Notes: generated from the sequence alone by a model not told the origin. 63,575 nt of DNA, filler included, from Saprolegnia diclina VS20 (GCF_000281045.1; 12 parts of 6 records of this genome joined end to end with filler, not necessarily neighbours in it); one strand, 5' to 3'; positions 10,357 to 23,400 are shown, counted from the whole stretch's first letter. Made by a program: numbers and translations.

Positions 10357-11111
10357 CGTGCCTAAAAATACCCTCGAAACGGCGCGACNNNNNNNNNNNN
10401 NNNNNNNNNNNNNNNNNNNNNNNNNNNNNNNNNNNNNNNNNNNNNNNNNNNNNNNNNNNNNNNNNNNNNNNNNNNNNNNNNNNNNNNNNNNNNNNNNNNN
10501 NNNNNNNNNNNNNNNNNNNNNNNNNNNNNNNNNNNNNNNNNNNNNNNNNNNNNNNNNNNNNNNNNNNNNNNNNNNNNNNNNNNNNNNNNNNNNNNNNNNN
10601 NNNNNNNNNNNNNNNNNNNNNNNNNNNNNNNNNNNNNNNNNNNNNNNNNNNNNNNNNNNNNNNNNNNNNNNNNNNNNNNNNNNNNNNNNNNNNNNNNNNN
10701 NNNNNNNNNNNNNNNNNNNNNNNNNNNNNNNNNNNNNNNNNNNNNNNNNNNNNNNNNNNNNNNNNNNNNNNNNNNNNNNNNNNNNNNNNNNNNNNNNNNN
10801 NNNNNNNNNNNNNNNNNNNNNNNNNNNNNNNNNNNNNNNNNNNNNNNNNNNNNNNNNNNNNNNNNNNNNNNNNNNNNNNNNNNNNNNNNNNNNNNNNNNN
10901 NNNNNNNNNNNNNNNNNNNNNNNNNNNNNNNNNNNNNNNNNNNNNNNNNNNNNNNNNNNNNNNNNNNNNNNNNNNNNNNNNNNNNNNNNNNNNNNNNNNN
11001 NNNNNNNNNNNNNNNNNNNNNNNNNNNNNNNNNNNNNNNNNNNNNNNNNNNNNNNNNNNNNNNNNNNNNNNNNNNNNNNNNNNNNNNNNNNNNNNNNNNN
11101 NNNNNNNNNAC

Positions 11112-12874
11112 ATGCAGCGCGTCTCCGAGAGCAACGAGCTCTTGCACGAGGTCTTGGCCTACCTGGGCGTGCGCGACCTCGGGGCTGCGAGTCATGTATG
11201 CTTACGCTGGTACCTCCTTGGCAGCCACGAGGTGCTCTGGGCGGCCTTGGCGTCGCGCGCGGTGCTCGGGCCCGAGACGGGCGCGCTGCGTGAGCTCCTC
11301 GGGCACAAGGCCTACCTCCGCCAGCTCGCCCGCGCCCGTCGCCAGCTGCCCCACGACGGCGCGGTCGATTTCGTTGAGAGCGCTGCGTGGCCGCGGTTTG
11401 TACAGATGCACGTTCCATGAGCTGACGGCCTGTAGGCTCTGCGCCAGGGACAAGTGGCTGGCACGGACCTTCCTTACAAGCTCGCTGGACGCGCTCACGC
11501 ATGCAAACAAGGCACCCGAAGACCCTGTGTATCCGCCGCAATCGGATCTCTCGAGCCTGCTCTGCGCCTACGCCGATCTGCTCGAGGAGAACTTTTCCGA
11601 CTTGGCGGCTGCTGCGGCCTTGCTTCGGCGGGCGATTCCAGGCAGCTCCGACCCTGCGCGCCTTTGGCACAACCTCGCGCTGCTAGAAGACAAGCGAGGC
11701 GACCTCGATGCGGTATGGCTCAACGACAAAAACACGAGCCTCAGGCGGGAACAACGGTAGGCCGAAGCAGCGTTCCGAGAGGCACACGCCGCCGACCCGC
11801 GCTACCAGCGCGTGCTCTGCAACTACGCCGTCTTCCTCGACGAGCGTCGGCAGCGCTTCGAGGCGGCGCGCGCCATGTACGAAGTCGCGCTGGCAAACGA
11901 CCCGACCGATCTCGACGCCTACGCAGCCTTTGCCGACTTCTTGACGTTCAAGCAGCCCGACCTCGACCGCGCCGAGGGCCTCTTTCGTAGCGTATGGAGC
12001 GTGTCCTTACGGACATCAATAGTTTGTACTCTCCGCGTAGGCCCTGCGTCACTTGGCGACGTTATCAATGCCGTTGGAGGACGGCCAAGATCTCAAGATC
12101 GTCATTCAATTCGCAGAGTTCCTTGCGTACGTCCAGCAGGACATGGCTGCCGCGACGCCGATCTATCGTATGCTGCTGCCACGTCACAAGCGCGAGCAGA
12201 CACGGCCCACGCACGCAAGGGTTCACTTGCTGCTCTGCGTCGGTCTCTTGAGTTATGGTAACCATTTTACGTCATTCGTGTCTGGCATTCTGTGTAGCGA
12301 TGGCCAGCGTATTCGCTTCCAACGACCATGTCTTGGGGCGTCAGTTGGTCGTGGAGGCCATGACGCTTTCTGTTTACCAGAGCAGCGACGACCCACTCCT
12401 GCTTCGCTACAAGCGCACGGCGGCGTGCGTTGTCCACCACGATTTCTCACCAACGACGGTGGACGTCGAGGCGCTCGGGCCACTTGCCGGCCTTCTTCTC
12501 TACTTGGCCGGTGACATGGCAAGCGCGGTGCAGCTCTGGGCAAAGTGCATCGGTAGCCTCGACAGCGTCCATCAGCGCGAGTACGCCTTTGCCGGGTGGG
12601 ATACCAGGTATCTATAGGTTCTTACGGTTAGCGTAGGTATTGTTTGGGCGTGGTGTTTCACTTGCGAGGCGGGCCGGCCAAGCGTCCGTTGGCGACGCAG
12701 GTGCTGGCAAAAGCACTAAACAGTGACGTCCATGGCGTCGAGCTCCGCAACGTTTGCTTTCTGCTGCGCGAGTACGTGCGCTGCACTCATAATAACGCTG
12801 CAGCAGGGGCATCGGCCTTTCTCGATGTCCTCACCCAGTATGACTTGGCACATCAGAGTCACGCAAACCAGTAG
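11112..12874 (+). CDS. F-box protein with TPR/HAT-like helical repeats (multi-exon)
   Basis: N-terminal NELLHEVLAYLGVRDLGAASHVCLRWYLL...LW fits the F-box pattern; later exons LWHNLALLEDKRGDLDA|AEAAF, LCNYAVFLDERRQRFEAARAMYEVAL and AYAAFADFL are TPR-like. Boundaries approximate. Confidence 0.7.
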
Positions 12875-12951
12875 AAGATATGCTGTACATATTAGCAAAG
12901 AGCGTCATGCCGATAACCAATATGACGCTCTACATGCTGGTCCGGCCCAGA

Positions 12952-13051
12952 NNNNNNNNNNNNNNNNNNNNNNNNNNNNNNNNNNNNNNNNNNNNTTAAT
13001 TAATTAANNNNNNNNNNNNNNNNNNNNNNNNNNNNNNNNNNNNNNNNNNNN
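12952..13051. other. Artificial contig-joining linker N...TTAATTAATTAA...N
   Basis: Same 100-bp spacer with six-frame stops recurs at about 15203, 16828, 35365, 47647, 52210, 53474, 54949, 58912, 60421 and 61824. Confidence 0.97.
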
Positions 13052-13207
13052 CTTGGGCACAAACCCCGACTCGATGGCCTTCTTGCCGGCTTGGCTCTTC
13101 TTCCACTGCTCGAGCTCCTTGATCACGTCGAGGTTTTCTTGGGCAAAGATGTCGCTGGCCGCGGCCACGGCGGCAAGGGCGGCGCTGGCGATCGCAATGC
13201 GTTGCAT
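13052..13207 (-). CDS. Papain-family (C1A) cysteine protease, N-terminal fragment cut by contig end
   Basis: MQRIAIASAALAAVAAASDIF... is nearly identical to the N-terminus of the 15303-15831 protease; signal peptide present. Confidence 0.8.
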
Positions 13208-14194
13208 GTTGGTGTGATGGAGAATGGAAATGTGGAAATGAGCTCAATGGGATGTCGACACCGCCGGCGTAGACAGGGCTCGAAACACTGCAGGGCCGCA
13301 ACGCTGGATCGATGAAAGGTGACTTATCAGACGCGCGCTGAAAGCATGTGTTGTAGAGAGTCGATATGAACGAAATTGGGACGCTGTGTTGCCGCAAAAA
13401 TCTACGTTTGAATGAGGAAGATAACCTAATCTTGATGTTTATCAGGAGGGAATTGCAGTGTGATTGTCTGAGTCATAGCCTCGAGATCTAGAGAGTGAAA
13501 CGTGTGAGGTTGGGTATAAGAAGGACATATCGGACATCCAGTGCGTCGAATGCAGCGGTGGATGACACCGGTTCTGCACCGTACGATATGCTGCATACGT
13601 CAGAACAGCTGTTTCTTACGTTCGATCTGCGACGTTGCAGTTGATATGCCGTGTAGACAACTGGCATTCATGATTGATAGTACACGACTGCAGCACTGCA
13701 CTTGATTACGCCGTTTCGAGATCAAATCTCATCCTGCAGCTGCGTGGTGGCCACTGCGAAAGAGGATCACCAGCTCACTGAAATATATTGTGGGAAATCA
13801 GTCTGGCTTAAGAACTATATGAACGATAAGATCTGAGTAATCGTCCACTTCGACACTACAAATATACAGTACTCTAGTAGGAGAGTTGGAACTTTGTACT
13901 TTTTCTGTTGAGGGTGAGGGTGCCGAGTGTCCGTTTCAGAACGGCCAGACCCAACATCTGTTACGATTGATGACGCCGCCGAATCTACACACCTGGCCGT
14001 CGATGTCTTTAATAAGATCTCGTGTGGTCCGGGTTCTCTTTAGCTGATACGGGCCACTGCGCCGGCTTGTATCCAAAACAACCTTGTACTTGCCATGAAG
14101 ATTTCTCCTCGACAGGCGATCCCCAGAGACTAGAGCTCTCCTCCACGCAACTCAAATTCGTCTCTCAATACGTTCATATATCGAGTTGGTTAGC

Positions 14195-15202
14195 TTAGGC
14201 GAAAAAGTTGAAAGCATACCGCGGGCGCTTCGCTGCGGGTCGGGTGGCATCGGCAAGCATCGACTCGAGCGTCGCAATGCTGTGGTCAATGTGCGCGAGG
14301 TCATTCTGGGTGCTCGTGTAGTCTGCCAGCGAGACCCCGGCTAGCGGCGGAAGCTTGAGTATGCCCTCGGTGTTCAGTGCACTGCGCTTCGGCATCGTGA
14401 GCCGGTCGGGGTTGGCGGATACGCACTCACGGACATTGGAACAGAGTCTCCACGATGACAGCTGGAGATCGAGATGCGCTCTCTTGCCGTCACGAAGAAA
14501 GGCGGCGACCCCGTGGCATTCGGCGCAGTGCGCTGGATCGATGGCGATGTCGGCCATCTCGTGCGCAGGCTCGAGTGTGGCCGGGGCACGGGTGGCCCGG
14601 AGCCTCGCCAAGCACTCTGTCGTCAGATGCTCGACTGTACTGCCACGGCAACATCGGAGTTTCTTGTCTATCCACGTGACAATGGGATAGAGCAGCTCCA
14701 GCGAGGTATCGAAATCGGCCGGCAGCGCCGAGAGCCAAGCGGTTGTAAACGCAGAAATCGCATCGGGCGCCATCGTGGCGAGCACCAGGAGAGCGTTCGC
14801 CGTCGGGCCAAGTCGCGGCAGCTTCTGGCGGCGTCCCAGGGTGCTTTGATGTCCCAAGATGCTTCGACGGGGCGCCACATCGCGCACCTCGCCTTTCGAC
14901 TGCGCAAGGGTGGGTGCAGCGCTCACAAAATGAGCCGTCACAAGGGCTTGAAGGGCCGGTGAGACAGACGGTGGGTTGTCGACAAATGCGCGCTCATACT
15001 CTGTCGAGCGACTCCAGTGGCTCCAAAGCAACGACACAAACGCGGCCGAGCAGCGACTGGCTCTGTCGAGCACGACGAGCAAGCTCGCAAAGGACCGGGG
15101 GCCCATGAGGTACCGCAGCATTTCCGAGTTGCCGGAACGAGAGCTTATGCCAAATGTTGTTGGACGCGACGACATTGCATCAAAGGCGGCGAGGAGTGCG
15201 TC
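14195..15202 (-). CDS. Hypothetical protein, C-terminal part (resembles C-termini of large 2OG-Fe(II) oxygenase-associated proteins)
   Basis: 326-aa ORF running to the contig edge; has a HCAECHGVAAFLRDG Cys motif and a basic C-terminal RPAAKRPRY (NLS-like). Family assignment is tentative. Confidence 0.45.
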   Translation of the reverse strand, partial: DALLAAFDAMSSRPTTFGISSRSGNSEMLRYLMGPRSFASLLVVLDRASRCSAAFVSLLWSHWSRSTEYERAFVDNPPSVSPALQALVTAHFVSAAPTLAQSKGEVRDVAPRRSILGHQSTLGRRQKLPRLGPTANALLVLATMAPDAISAFTTAWLSALPADFDTSLELLYPIVTWIDKKLRCCRGSTVEHLTTECLARLRATRAPATLEPAHEMADIAIDPAHCAECHGVAAFLRDGKRAHLDLQLSSWRLCSNVRECVSANPDRLTMPKRSALNTEGILKLPPLAGVSLADYTSTQNDLAHIDHSIATLESMLADATRPAAKRPRYAFNFFA

Positions 15203-15302
15203 NNNNNNNNNNNNNNNNNNNNNNNNNNNNNNNNNNNNNNNNNNNNTTAATTAATTAANNNNNNNNNNNNNNNNNNNNNNNNNNNNNNNNNNNNNNNNNN
15301 NN

Positions 15303-15831
15303 CGAGGCAGTCGCCAAACGACGCCACACCGATGGACGAGAAGGTCCAGCACGACCCGCACTCGCCCTGGTTCTTGATCGGCTCGTTGCACTTGTGGCTC
15401 GACCAGTCGACGTCGCTCGCTTCGCGCTGCGCCGGCGTGAGCTCGCGGGCCACGTGGTCCACGGTGCGCAGCTTGCGCTGGTCCTGGCCGAACGAGCCCA
15501 TGACGTACTGCGCAAACTCGTCTTCGGTCATGAGCGCGAACGGGTTATCGACCGAGAACTCGGCATCCGGGTAGTCCTTGTTGAGCTGCTCCACGACCTT
15601 CTTCGTGGACTTGAAGCGCTCGAGCTCGAGAGCCTCGACTGACGTGCTGGCTTCCTGGCGGCCGTTCGACTCGGGCTTGGGCACAAACCCCGACTCGATG
15701 GCCTTCTTGCCGGCTTGGCTCTTCTTCCACTGCTCGAGCTCCTTGATCACGTCGAGGTTTTCTTGGGCAAAGATGTCGCTGGCCGCGGCCACGGCGGCAA
15801 GGGCGGCGCTGGCGATCGTAATGCGTTGCAT
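15303..15831 (-). CDS. Papain-family (C1A) cysteine protease, 3' truncated
   Basis: Signal peptide, I29-like prodomain (NPFALMTEDEF), DWS...IKNQGECGSCWTF with the catalytic Cys. Confidence 0.9.
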
Positions 15832-16781
15832 GTTGGTGTGAAGTAGAATGGGAATGTGGAAATGAGCTCAATGGGGTGTCGACACCGCCGGCGTAGACAG
15901 GGCTCGAAACACTGCAGGGCCGACGCTGGATCGATGAAAGGTGACTTATCAGACGCGCGCTGAAAACAGGTGTTGTGGAGAGAGCTGAAGAGGGTGAAGA
16001 GAACAAGTAAAAGCCGTCGGATTGGAGAGCTGTGTATATTACTTTTCTGAAAGCCAGACTTTTCCATTGAACGAAGGTACAAGCATGAGGTTGTTGTAGA
16101 TGTACGGTATGTGTAAAGAATGTGCTTCGGCGTCGTATCACACGGTTAGCTTCAATGAGCTCCTTGTTTAAACACCCCTGTCCTAGCACTGGTCCAGCAC
16201 TGTACGATGAGCTGCACACTACACGTAATAGCGACCGTTTCGAACGCTCGACCTGCGAGACATTGTACTTACTCCTGGCGCAGAGTTGCCTGGTATCCAT
16301 GATACACATATACTGCATACATACGGTAGTACCGTACTTCTATTGCGCTAAATAGTATTAACTTCATGATATCCTGTATTTGGCCTGTTCAGATCGGGTC
16401 CGTGTCGTCTGAAGACGTCTGTTGGAAACAAATTATCCTCCCCGCCACGATAGATTCTCAACGACAGAGGGTCGATTGTCCCCGGTATGCTAACGAACTT
16501 TGCACCAAACCGAATTCTGAGCCGCCATTCAAAGTCGCTGCTCACATAACCATCCAGCCGCAGTTGCATTTTCCTTGCGAATAGCACTGGAACACCACAT
16601 CTATCCTATCTCCGACTCGCATATCATGAATTCACTCCAACTCGATACACAACATCGCCGATCCAGACAAGCTTTTATACTCGCTTCATGTACAACCGAT
16701 CTCACGGTCCCAAATCGAACACGACATCCAGATAAGATCTTGCAACCCAAGTGACAATAAATTACCACTATGAAAATGCAT

Positions 16782-16827
16782 ATGCTTTCAGCGCGCGTCT
16801 GATAAGTCACCTTTCATCGATCCAGCG
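16782..16827 (+). repeat. Inverted copy of the cysteine-protease upstream region
   Basis: ATGCTTTCAGCGCGCGTCTGATAAGTCACCTTTCATCGATCCAGCG is the reverse complement of 13302-13347 and of most of about 15924-15965. Confidence 0.85.
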
Positions 16828-16961
16828 NNNNNNNNNNNNNNNNNNNNNNNNNNNNNNNNNNNNNNNNNNNNTTAATTAATTAANNNNNNNNNNNNNNNNN
16901 NNNNNNNNNNNNNNNNNNNNNNNNNNNAGTTGCTACCGCCTGCTCCATTCGGCATTGTCCG

Positions 16962-17408
16962 GAAGTGGTCTGTGTAGCTCAGTTGGTAGAGCGCGTGCTG
17001 TTTAATCCGACGGTCCTGGGTTCGATCCCCGGGTCCCGCCTGATTTCCCGTCCGGTTAAAACCGGATACGACCACCGGGGAAGAGGGACTGACAAGGGAA
17101 TTGCAGGACCGGGTACCTTACCTTAATTGGGGGTACCCCGACAAACGGCGCGTGGCGTTGCATGCGCTGAAAAGTTCGTGCACCGTCTAAGGGTGGTAGC
17201 CCACTGAATAAGTGAGGTAGTGCCACTATGGCGTAACCGTAATACAGCGGTTGCGCCACGTAGGTGTCCGCAGAAATGCTGGCACCACCCCCCACACCCC
17301 CACCACACAACCATGATGTGAGGCGAAGCAGCCGGTCCGTACGCCAAGCCAATAGTAGCACTTTCGATATATCCGGTTAAACGAATTAATAGCACTCATC
17401 TATGACAA
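16962..17408 (+). mobile_element. tRNA-derived SINE, full length, flanked by a 12-bp target-site duplication
   Basis: A box TAGCTCAGTTGG (16975-16986) and B box GGTTCGATCC (17019-17028) in a tRNA-Lys-like head whose acceptor and anticodon stems do not pair; about 370-bp body; CGGCATTGTCCG at 16950-16961 and 17409-17420. Confidence 0.82.
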
Positions 17409-17445
17409 CGGCATTGTCCGAATCTCACTCCAATGTCCTAATTAG

Positions 17446-20400
17446 TACGGAAAAAGGCCGGCGTTGAAACGACGTCGCCGGTTTCACCTCAGACAGGCGG
17501 TATCTCACAGCATGTGCATCCTCGCCAGCGCGTCGCTGCTCGTCTCGGGCGTCGTGCTCGTCGTCTACGGCGCCATCTACGCCTCGTACCACGCGCAGCG
17601 CATCGAGAACGTCGAGGGCTTGCGCTTCGTGCCCAACGCCGCCGCCAACCCGTCCGGGTACGCAGCCTTCCTCGCCGTAAGAACCGAGTCCCGCTACCAT
17701 TCGAAGGTCTGACAAACGCATTAGTCGCCGACGCTGGGCGTCCAAGGCCTCGAGCCGCAGACGCGCAGCTACTATGTCTTCAACATCACCAATATCGACG
17801 CCGTCGTCGCCGGAACCGCGGTGCCACACGTGCAGCAAGTTGGTCCATACGTCTACGCGCTGACGTCTACCAAGAACAACGTGCGCTTCAACGGTTCGAC
17901 CGTCATGTACAGCGTCGGGTCGAACTTTGCCGAGCTCCCCACGCGCTCGAACGGCTCGTCCAGCGACGTCGTCTACACGGTGCGCGACGAAGGAGTTGAA
18001 GCAACGGGATGGATCCGTGATATAGGTCAACACATCGTATGCGCGGACGCTCGCCAAGCTGGGGAACGCAGGCTTCTCCGAGCGTCTTCTTGTCGCAGCC
18101 CATGCGCAGACGCAGCTGTCAGCGTACGCCGCCTACCTGGAGGGCCCGATGCTCGCCTTCACCAAGCAGCGCCTCGCGTTGCCGTACCTTGCGACCATGG
18201 CAGTAACCACTCGCACAAACGCGCTGCCGGCGGCGCTATCGAAATTCCAGGCCCAAGTGGCATCGCAGACACTGCCGCAGAATCTGTTGCGACTAATTGC
18301 AACGACACGGCAGGCGTACATTCCAACGCTACTTCGCCCGATGTACGAAGCCTTCCTCGTCAACTATGTGCCAATGACGCTGTCGAGTCACCTCGCAGCG
18401 CTTCAGGTACAGTCGGTGCCGCGCGTTCTCTCCAACGTCCAGGCGCGCCTCGCTGTCGAGGCGGTGCCTACGATGCTCACCCAGCGTCAAGCGCAGCTGC
18501 GGTCGACCGCCGTGCCCGTCGTGCTCTCGCGAATGCTCTCGCGCCTGCCGACGTACATTTCATTCCCGTACTTTGCCCGGGACATGATGGAAGAAGGTAG
18601 TCGTTGACAACGCGCTTGATGCATGTGCAAAGACCAGCTGCGGGATAGCGTGCTTGGAAGCGGTACCGTCGATGCTGAGCACCATCAAGGCCGGCGTCGT
18701 GCAAGCGTACGTCGACCAAGGCGCGTCAGCCGCCACCGCGCAGCAAAATACAGTGCTGCAGTGGCTCTCGGCGGCCGGCCCGTGGACGAACCTTGACGCA
18801 ATGGTCGGCGGGAACCCGACAGGGCAGCCGCGCTACGGCTTTGAGCTTCGATCGACGGCCGAGTAGGCGAAGCACACAATGTTGGTGGTAGGGAGACTCA
18901 TGCTCGTGTAGTCCGTCACTCGCATCCTTGGCGCTGAGCACCGACGTCGGCAACTTGCTCTTGGCCGCGACGACCAACCTCGACTTTTCGCTACTAGACT
19001 ATACCCCCACGGATACCAACCATGGGTTTGGGCTCTGGAAACAGGTGGTCGCGATGAATGAAGCGGCGATCACCGCGCTCATCGCTGGCGTCAACAACGA
19101 GATCGCGCTACCGGCCAACTACCTCACGCGCGCCCAGGTCCTTGGCGTCCGTGGCTACATTCTGTCGTGGAGCAAAGGCGCGATGCTGCACCGCGACCGT
19201 CAACGGTACGTTTGATCATTTGCTCGCACTTTCTCTTAGGAGCTGTGGGCTAGGTACTGGGCGACAGCGTACGCGCAGCGCACGGCAGGCAGCGCCAACG
19301 AGCCAAGCGTCGATATCGACTGGGTGACGTCCGGTGTTCAAACTGGATTTCCGCTGCCATCGACCAACCTCGGTCTCTCGGACGCGCAGTGTGCGAGGCT
19401 GTGGGACACCACGGTGTCGCCCTCGTTCTTGACGCCGACGGGATATGTCACGTGGACCGCTGCGGGCGCGTCCGACAGCGCCGCCGTGAGCGCGCTGCAG
19501 TCCACGTTTGGCCTCTCGACGTCGCAGGTCCGGTGGTTTCTTCTGCAACCAATTTGCCGATCGTTTATATATGGTAGCTCACCGGCGTGCTCGCGTGGAT
19601 CCAAGCGCTCACGTCCAGCGCCAGTGTGAAGACGAATGCGATTCGCCACTGGGGCCTCGGCGGCACGTGTCCGTCGCCGTTCAACAACGTGTCGAGCTGC
19701 GCAACGTACCAGCTTGAGCCACATCTAGGGACCTCAGTATCTGGTTGGGAGCTTCCCAACGCGGCGAATCTGGTGTTTTCAGAAGCCCTTGTCGCGTACC
19801 TCTGGGATGCGACGCAGACATTCTCGTTCCTTCACCTTGCGTCGGGCTACACGAGCTGGGTCAACGTCCTTCTCTTGCCAAACGGTCTGAGTAGCCTCAC
19901 AACATCGCTCGCAGCTCTCAACCTCGGCGCTGTCTCGGAGGACCACGTGCGACTGGTATTGCTTCAGAATGTGGTGCTGTTCCAGACAGATACTGAAGTG
20001 ATGTAGGTGGCAACGTGGCTCCAGAACTGGTCGCGCCATCCGCTGCTCTTGCAGGCCATGGACCAGACGTGGCGCGACCCGACGACGTTCCCGTTCCTGC
20101 CGGCGACGACGCTTGCGTCGCTGACGACGTACCTCATCAACCGCCCGACGCTGTCGGCCGCCGCTGCCGCGTACTTGAACAGCCCGAGTAGCACCTACGC
20201 CGCGCTCAATACTGCAGGGTACGCAGTGTGGATGAGCTCGCCGTCGAGTGCACAAGTCAGCTCGATGCTCGCGGCCATCAACGCCCAGCTGCCGACGTTC
20301 TGCACGCAACTGCTCGGCGGCGCCAACTCGGCGCTGTTCGCCACGCCGCTCGCGGGGTCGTGTGGTGTGCTGACCGCCGCCGACATGACCGCGCTCCAGA

Positions 20401-23400
20401 CCTATGTCCAGAACCAGAAAACCGACGCGTACATGCTGCAGGCGCTGCGCGAGCAATGGCGCTGCGGTCTCAGGAATTGGAATCTCGAGCCGTACCGGGC
20501 AGGGCTCCAAGTCGGGTGGGAGCTCTGTCGCAACAGCTCGTGCAACCTATCGCTGGTCAACGGCACGAGCTGCGTCGTGCCCTCCGCCGCCATGAACTTG
20601 TGGGACACCGCGAATGCCCTCTCGTTCCTTAAACCCAGCGTGTATGGCGCTGCTGGCATTCTCAGATCTGGTGCTGAGATTATATTATGGTGTAGGTACC
20701 AGACTACGTGGCTGGCTGCTCAGTCGGCAGACGCAGCAACCTCAGCACCGGCAAAGGCAGCGATCGCGGCGGGGCTCGGGCAGGCGTCGTGGCTGCCGTG
20801 GATGGATGTACGTTTCCAGCGTGCAGCATGATGGACAACTTGTCTCTTATGTCTAGGTCATCTCGCAGTGGCTGGTGTCGTGGGCGACGCTCGACTACAC
20901 CATTCGGGACGTTCTCGGTCTCTGGTTGAAGGCAGCGTGCACGATTCCGACCGTGGTCTCGCAGACGCCGGTGACGACGACGGCGTCGACGGCGTCGTGC
21001 GTGCCGTCCACAACGACCACGTCCGATGCGGTGCAGTACACCAACTTGGTCGTCGGTGGACGGCCCACGACCTATTTCGCCTCCAACTTTGCCGAGACGA
21101 GCTACACCGATACGCCCAACATCGCGGTCTCGACAGTAACGACGGTCGTCACGTGCACGCCGACGACGACGACGACAACGACGACGACGACTGTGACGAA
21201 TGGACCGCTGTGCCTCATGTCGGACGTCACGCCCGGCCTCCCCTTGCTTCAGACTGGCTTTGAGCTCGGCGCCGTCACGTCGACGCTTTCAATGAATTTG
21301 GTGCAACTCTTCCTCTGGAACCCGGCAACGCCCGTGAGCTTTCTCAATATGACGGCGCTCAACACGCTCTGGGTGCCGGCGGCCACCGATGCGACCAAGG
21401 TGGCCGCGCTCGTCGCGCTCCTTCCCGGCGCGTCACTGGCCGACGTCACCACCGTTGTTCAATGGCTGCGCGCGTGGCGCACCAACCAGCTCATGTCGCT
21501 CTTTGCCCAGACGCAGTGGATCAACCCGTCGACGTCCGTGCCGCCCTTCAACCTCGATCCGAGCGGCGCGAGTACGCAAACCGGTTTCGAGCTGCGGTTC
21601 ACATCGACCGATGCGAGCACGTACCCGTCACTGGTGCAGGCGCAGTACCTCTGGTCCCCCTCCAGCGCCTACTCGTTCTTGGACACCGCGACGGGGTTCC
21701 CGACGTGGGTCCAGGCGTATGCCGGGTCGCTTCCGGCGTCCGAAGCGTTTGTCGATCTGCTCGCCCGGTCACCAACGACGACGACCACGACGCAGACGGC
21801 AAGTGTGTCGGCGGTAGCGACACTGCAGAGCGCCACTGGACTCTCGACAGCACAGATACAAACCGTCTCCAAATGGTCGGTGCACTCGCAACCTCAATAC
21901 TTCTACAACTAACTATCTACTAGGCTCGTTCAGTGGGCTGACCACCCGTTTCTCTGGAGTGTCCTTCTGTCCCAGTGGATCTCCAAGACAACCGTGTTTG
22001 CATCGACGCCATCGACGCTCAACCTTGCGGCGCTGGATGCTTCAGGCGCGATGACGTCCCTGACTGGGTTTGAGCTCACGGTGTCGACACGTGTCACGCC
22101 GGCGCAAGCGCGGCAGCTCTGGAATGTCGCCAACGCAGCGTCGTTTCTCAACCCCAATCTGCTCATTCTGTGGTGTTTTTGCCACCCGCAGATCACGGCC
22201 GCGTGTCCACACCTCTCGGACGCCACGGGGCAGCTCCCCGCAGCGGCGAATGCGTCGGCGGCGTCAGCACTCACTCGATACGCGGGTCTGGCGCCGGGGT
22301 TTCAAATGACGAGTGCTCCGACAGCTACGCTTGCCCAGTCGTTTGTGTCGCTAGCGACAGGGCTGGCCCCCGCTGACGTCACGGCCGTCGCACGCTGGCT
22401 GTTCGAAGCCCCCCAAGCGTCGTTCTATCAGTTCTTACTCCAGTCGCAGTGGGCGACAGCGGGGCTGCCACTCTATCCAAAGTAGGTGCGTCAGAATGGC
22501 GACACTGTACGAACGTGACATCTGTAGGAATGCAGGGTTCGAGCTCGCGTACATCTTCGACCTCACGGCCACGACACCCCGCAACGCCACGGCGGCGCTT
22601 CTCGTGCCCAACACCCCAACGCCATGCGCCCCCATTGGCGCGGTCCTCGCCGCGCAGCTGTGGCAACCGACGTCGACCACGTCGTTTCTTCACAGTGTCG
22701 GCCTGTCTGCGTGGCTGGGCGGCACCATCGTCGTGCCCGGTCTCGCTGCGTGTCAAAAGACTCAGGTGTCCAACTGGCTGCTGTCGTGGCAACGCCACCC
22801 GTTCCTGCGGCAGTTTGTCGAGTACTCGTGGTGCGTCAATGAGCGTTCAATCGGCGCTTGATGCCCGCGTGGGGTGTTGTAGGTATACCACGCCCCTGCC
22901 CTGTACCCAGTCGCTTTTTGGCTGCAACCGCGGGTTTGAACTGGCGCTGCCGACCAGTATCCCGTCTCCGACGACTCTCCCAACGCTTGGCGCGATCGCA
23001 GCCATCGTCTGGGACGCCCAGTCGCCGCTTTCGTTCTTGCATCCGACTGGCGGTCTTGTCTGGAAGACGCTCCTCCTCGGTGCTTGCGGGTCGTCGTTTG
23101 CCAACGGCACGTGTGCGCCCGCGACGGTATCACCAAACGCACGAGTCTGCGCGAAGCTGAGCGCAACTGAATAGGGGGCGCCAGCGTCGGCGAGCTCGTA
23201 CCTCGTGGGCCAGCTTGCGTCGGCGCTTGGCGTGTCTGCGCTCGTCAGTGACGTTCGTACCTGCGTCTACCTCATTGGCCAAGTACATTGGCGAGTTATC
23301 ACTGTATCCGCCACTCTAACCTATTCCGCGTGTGTAGGTATGGCTACTTCAGCTGCTCGACAATCCCGGGTTTGTGAGCTACGTCTTGGCGGCGACGGGC

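Noticed and set aside
10264..11670. Long ORFs spanning N runs (also 36146-37564 and 56785-58045)
   Set aside because: Their length comes from gap X residues.
12996..13007. Recurring TTAATTAATTAA as a biological motif
   Set aside because: Always centred in fixed-length N runs and has stops in six frames; it is an assembly concatenation linker.
16968..17040. Functional tRNA gene
   Set aside because: D and T arms are present, but the acceptor and anticodon stems do not pair, and it heads a TSD-flanked 447-bp element, so a SINE fits better.
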